Below, piece by piece: positions 60,354 through 64,000 of a stretch of 64,000 nt of DNA. Positions within the stretch are counted from its first letter, which is position 1, and each line of letters begins with the position of its first letter. Origin of the DNA: Azolla caroliniana (taxonomy: Eukaryota > Plantae > Polypodiophyta); assembly GCA_043228905.1 (NCBI GenBank), contig JBHGNT010000014.1, forward strand, positions 15,996,001-16,060,000, written 5' to 3'. The notes beneath the pieces are model-generated. The model searched no databases. It worked only from the letters and a program-made list of their open reading frames with translations, and had not been told where the DNA came from. The position numbers and the translations under genes are program-made.

Positions 60354-62507
60354 TCAGTCCCGAGGACAAATAGGTATGGTCGTACAAGGCGGCAAATCTT
60401 TATCCTCGTTATCGTCTTCCCGGCTGAAAGGTGGCAATGAGAATACATTATAAGTAGAGCTTCCCTTCCTGAGTTCTTTAATGGTCCTCAATGCCGCCAA
60501 GGTACTCCTATAGATGCTATCCACATCCTCCCCTTCGCGATTAGTTTGTTCTGCGGGTAGAGCAAGTTCTTCACCATTCAATGAAGGTGCATTCCCGGCT
60601 TCTTTCTGCGATCCATCCTCGTTATTAGCTGACACCGATGGCTCTAACTCGCCTTTGCTGTTATTAGTAGTCTTTTCGACACTTTCTTTCGGTGATCCGT
60701 CATTAGTAGCCGCTGCAGGCAATGGCTCTTCCTGGTTTGCTCGTGAAGCCGAGAACGCGGATGGAGATGGAAAAAGGGACTGCAAATTCATCTCACATTC
60801 TCTTACAAGCTTCGACAAAAGCTCTGTCGTGAAAAATGGCTGTTGAAGCACATTCCTAATGAAAGGCATACGAAGAAGTGCCCCTGTTCTCTTATCATGC
60901 TTCTTCAATATTTTCACCAAACCTACACACGCAATTCATGTGATAGATGTCAGTAATAATACCCCCATAGATTTCTTCGCTTTATTTATTCCGTCCAGGT
61001 CATTCAGACAACAAATACCTGTGTAGTTTAATGAGCTGTAATTTTCTAGCAGAACCATTTCCCCATGAAAATTGACTATCTCCTTCCTTATGATGATCAT
61101 TTCCTCCGAGTCTGGTGACATTCCTGTATGCCTTTTGTCTTTCATCCGTTCACATCGTTCCTTCAACTCCTATCATCACAAACAAAGCATTGAAAACCAG
61201 CACATCAAAGAGAAAACTAAATCCCTCGCCATTGTGACTAGATCCATTTAATGCTTTTAAACCAGGCTGATTTTCCTGAATGTCTTAGAGTACTAAAAGT
61301 GAAAGATTATCAGGTTACCAAGTGGCACCAATGGGCCAACTCAACGATTCTAATGATGAAAGGTTTTGATCCAAGGGGGAGGTACAGTCTTCCTTTTGTC
61401 ACAAGGATAAGTGATTCCCAAGGTGAGAAATGGAATATAGTTTCTCGATAGCTATGGGCTTCAACAGTGATTTATACACTTAACACCGACTTTGCCGAGA
61501 TATAGCCCCTACTAAGGCTATGTGGTCAGATGAGATGGTGAAGCTCAAAGATTCAAATGTAGAGCTCTGCAGTTTTCCTGAAATCATCATACTCAACAAA
61601 CTTTGAGGGAAGGCAAGGTGGAAATTAGCAAACTCCTATTCATGCAGGGCAGAGAACCATTAGGATTAGTATATTAAATCCAGATGATTCATTTTCACAA
61701 GCAAAAGAAAGAAAGAATGTTCTGATATACAGCCTTCCTGAAGGCAAATCTTCCTGGCAAAAAACTAAAAGCTTTTCTCGGATAAGGATGCAATAGTTTG
61801 GAAAATTCAGCCCTGTCCTTGTCCTAAAGCTTCACGTTAAGTTCAATCAATGCACAGGATAACAGTCCCATGATACCAAGTCTTCCAGAGTCAATTCTTT
61901 TATGGAAAAAAAGCAGAGCTTCTCGAGCATGAGGATGCATTGATAATAATGTGTTTGTTAATTTCCTGGGGGGCATGAGGTGAAGAAGCCATGTCCCATT
62001 TGAGCAACAGATTGAAAGCAAAAAGGATAGAGAAGAGAGGAAGAGCTATACCTGTAGGCGAATCACATATTCCTCCTCCTTTTCCATGAAGAAAGTGTTG
62101 AATTTCTCGAGCTCAGCATTGAGGAGATGGATGAAATCGGCCTCTTCTGCAGTTAGGAGGCCTTGGTGGCAGTCATCAGGGACGCTCCCAGAGCTACTCT
62201 TCGATCCCGTGAGAGCAGATCCGCCATCAGGAGAGTCAAGGGAGGAATTAGGGCCCTGGTAAGGAGGAGGAAGGGCAGGGTTCTCTTCTTCAGAGGCGGG
62301 AGCATTTCCATGGGGTAGGGCATTCCGATTCATGGCAGGAGGAGGAGGGAGATCGTGCTCAGGGCTAGAGAAAGCTGCGTCTGTGAAGCAATCAGGGGCG
62401 GAGATGGATTTGAGCCTCTTCTTGAGCTGCTTGTAGGAGAGATACTTGTCTCTCCACTCGGGCAGCGTTTCATCGATCTGGCTCTGAAGCCGTTTCCCAA
62501 ACTTCAT
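60354..62507 (-). CDS. SPX: SPX-domain-only protein (SPX1/SPX4-like phosphate sensor), 3 exons, 391 aa
   Basis: Exons 62507-62052, 61169-61019 and 60922-60354 (1176 nt, GT-AG, in frame). Motifs [94 protein letters not shown]. Confidence 0.96.
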
Positions 62508-62723
62508 GGCGCAGAGGAAACAGTAGGGATCGAAGCTTTTGTGGGAGAGAGAGAGAGAGAGAGAGAGGAGGAGGAGGATGAAGAGGGAGAAGGAAGAGCT
62601 TCTGTATCTGTATCTGTATCTGTGTCTGTGTCTGGACTCTGAGCCTGTTCTGTTCTGCGCCTGCGTCAGAGAGAAGAAGAAGAAGAAGAAGAAGAAGAAG
62701 GGGAGGGTGGGGGTGTGAAGGAG

Positions 62724-62779
62724 GCATATTCTGGGAGGAATCCAAGAAGATTCTTAAGGCACATGCACAGAGCATATTC
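62724..62779. promoter_or_regulatory. Two P1BS (PHR1-binding, GNATATNC) elements upstream of SPX
   Basis: GCATATTC at 62724-62731 and 62772-62779, about 220-270 bp upstream of the SPX ATG. Confidence 0.75.
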
Positions 62780-62789
62780 CTCAAAAGGC

Positions 62790-62792
<3 letters not shown>

Positions 62793-62823
<31 letters not shown>

Positions 62824-63610
62824 TCTGCTTCTCTCTTGCTATGCTTCTTCTCTCTCTCTCTCTCTCTTGCTATGCTTCTCTCTCTCTCTCTCTCTCTCTT
62901 ACTGTCTCTCTCTCTCTCTTACTTTCTCTCTCTTCTCTCTCACTCTGCTTCTCTCTTGCTCTGCTTCTCTCTCTTCTCTCTTGCTCTGTTTCTCTCTCTC
63001 TTTACTCTGCTCCTCTCTTCTCTCTCTCTCTCTCTGCTTCTCTCTCTTTCTCTCTCTCTCTCAGAAGCCGTTAATACATATATGATATATATATATATAT
63101 CTGTCTTTCTCACTCTCTCTGTTCTCTCTTTTTCTCTCTCTTACTCTGTTCTCTCTTTTTCTCTTCTCTCTGACTCTGTTCCTCTCTCTCTCTCTCTCTC
63201 TTACTCTGTCCTCTCTTTTTCTCTCTTTCTCTCTCTCTTACTCTGTTCCTCTCTCTCTCTCTCTCTCTTACTCTGTCCTCTCTTTTTCTCTCTTTCTCTC
63301 TCTCTTACTCTGTTCCTCTCTCTCTCTCTCTCTCTCTCTCTTACTCTGTCCTCTCTTTTTCTCTCTTTCTCTCTCTCTTACTCTGTTCCTCTCTCTCTCT
63401 CTCTCTCTCTCTTACTCTGTCCTCTCTTTTTCTCTCTTTCTCTCTCTCTTACTCTGTTCCTCTCTCTCTCTCTCTCTCTCTCTTACTCTGTCCTCTCTTT
63501 TTCTCTCTTTCTCTCTCTCTCTTACTCTGTTCCTCTCTCTCTCTCTCTCTCTTACTCTGTCCTCTCTTTTTCTCTCTTTCTCTCTCTCTCTTACTCTGTT
63601 TCTCTCTCAT
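62793..63610. repeat. CT-rich microsatellite/minisatellite with higher-order repeat
   Basis: Nearly pure pyrimidine on the + strand. Alternating units CTTACTCTGTCCTCTCTTTTTCTCTCTTT and CTTACTCTGTTCCTCTCTCT from ~63140 to 63600. Confidence 0.95.
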
Positions 63611-63626
63611 TTTACTTTATATTCTT

Positions 63627-64000
63627 CTCGGAGTGACTTCATGCACTTCTCTAAGTTATGTTTTATTATACGACCAAAATATCTAGATGCATTCTTACCA
63701 AATGCACTAATGGTTGTTGCCATTAGACAACTTAGAATATCATCTCACCAACTTGGGATTGAGAATGGTCGTACTAATGGAGTCCCTAGAGAGGAAAGGA
63801 TATGTAGATTATGTCACATAGATATAGAGGATGAGTACCACTTTATATGCAAGTGTCCAACTTACGCCGAGATAAGGGCAAAATACCGAGACATACTCGG
63901 TTCCTCTCCCACCCTCCCCAAACTATTAGATACTCTAGATATAAAGAAATTAGGCAAATATATCCTAGAGCTAAAACAACACAGAGAGATATAAGCTGCA
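63627..64000 (+). mobile_element. RTE-X-like LINE fragment (C-terminal Cys/His domain), runs off the window
   Basis: QLRISSHQLGIENGR..PREERICRLCHIDIEDEYHFICKCPTYAEIRAKY. Confidence 0.85.

Noticed and set aside
62470-62784. Upstream ORF overlapping the SPX start
   Set aside because: Runs through microsatellites and probably starts upstream of the transcription start; no support without transcript data.
62836-63636. 266-aa Leu/Ser-rich ORF and overlapping ORFs
   Set aside because: Translation of the CT repeat; no coding evidence.

Overview
Eukaryotic plant genomic DNA, most likely from a non-seed vascular plant such as a fern. That is an inference from Tcn1-like chromoviruses, RTE-X-like LINEs, PLS-PPR debris and TE-filled introns. 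There are three intron-containing host genes, all on the minus strand: the first two exons of an EMB8/ABHD3-like alpha/beta-hydrolase (2984-1689), a complete 13-exon ALG3 mannosyltransferase (22431-6374, 428 aa, one GC-AG intron, KKxx tail), and a 3-exon SPX-only phosphate-signalling gene (62507-60354, 391 aa) with two upstream P1BS boxes. Between ALG3 and SPX lies about 35 kb of transposons. It includes a five-level nest (Copia > solo LTR > hAT-type element > 4-bp-TSD Gypsy > two chromoviruses) whose internal insertions are bounded by visible target-site duplications (TSDs). It also holds two near-identical ~7-kb chromovirus copies in inverted orientation, whose LTRs end TG...TA and whose long leader carries an array of regularly spaced hairpins. 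A Tcn1-like element has a fold-back 5' end that exposes a probable self-priming PBS. All coordinates and family calls were read by eye; no database searches were run.
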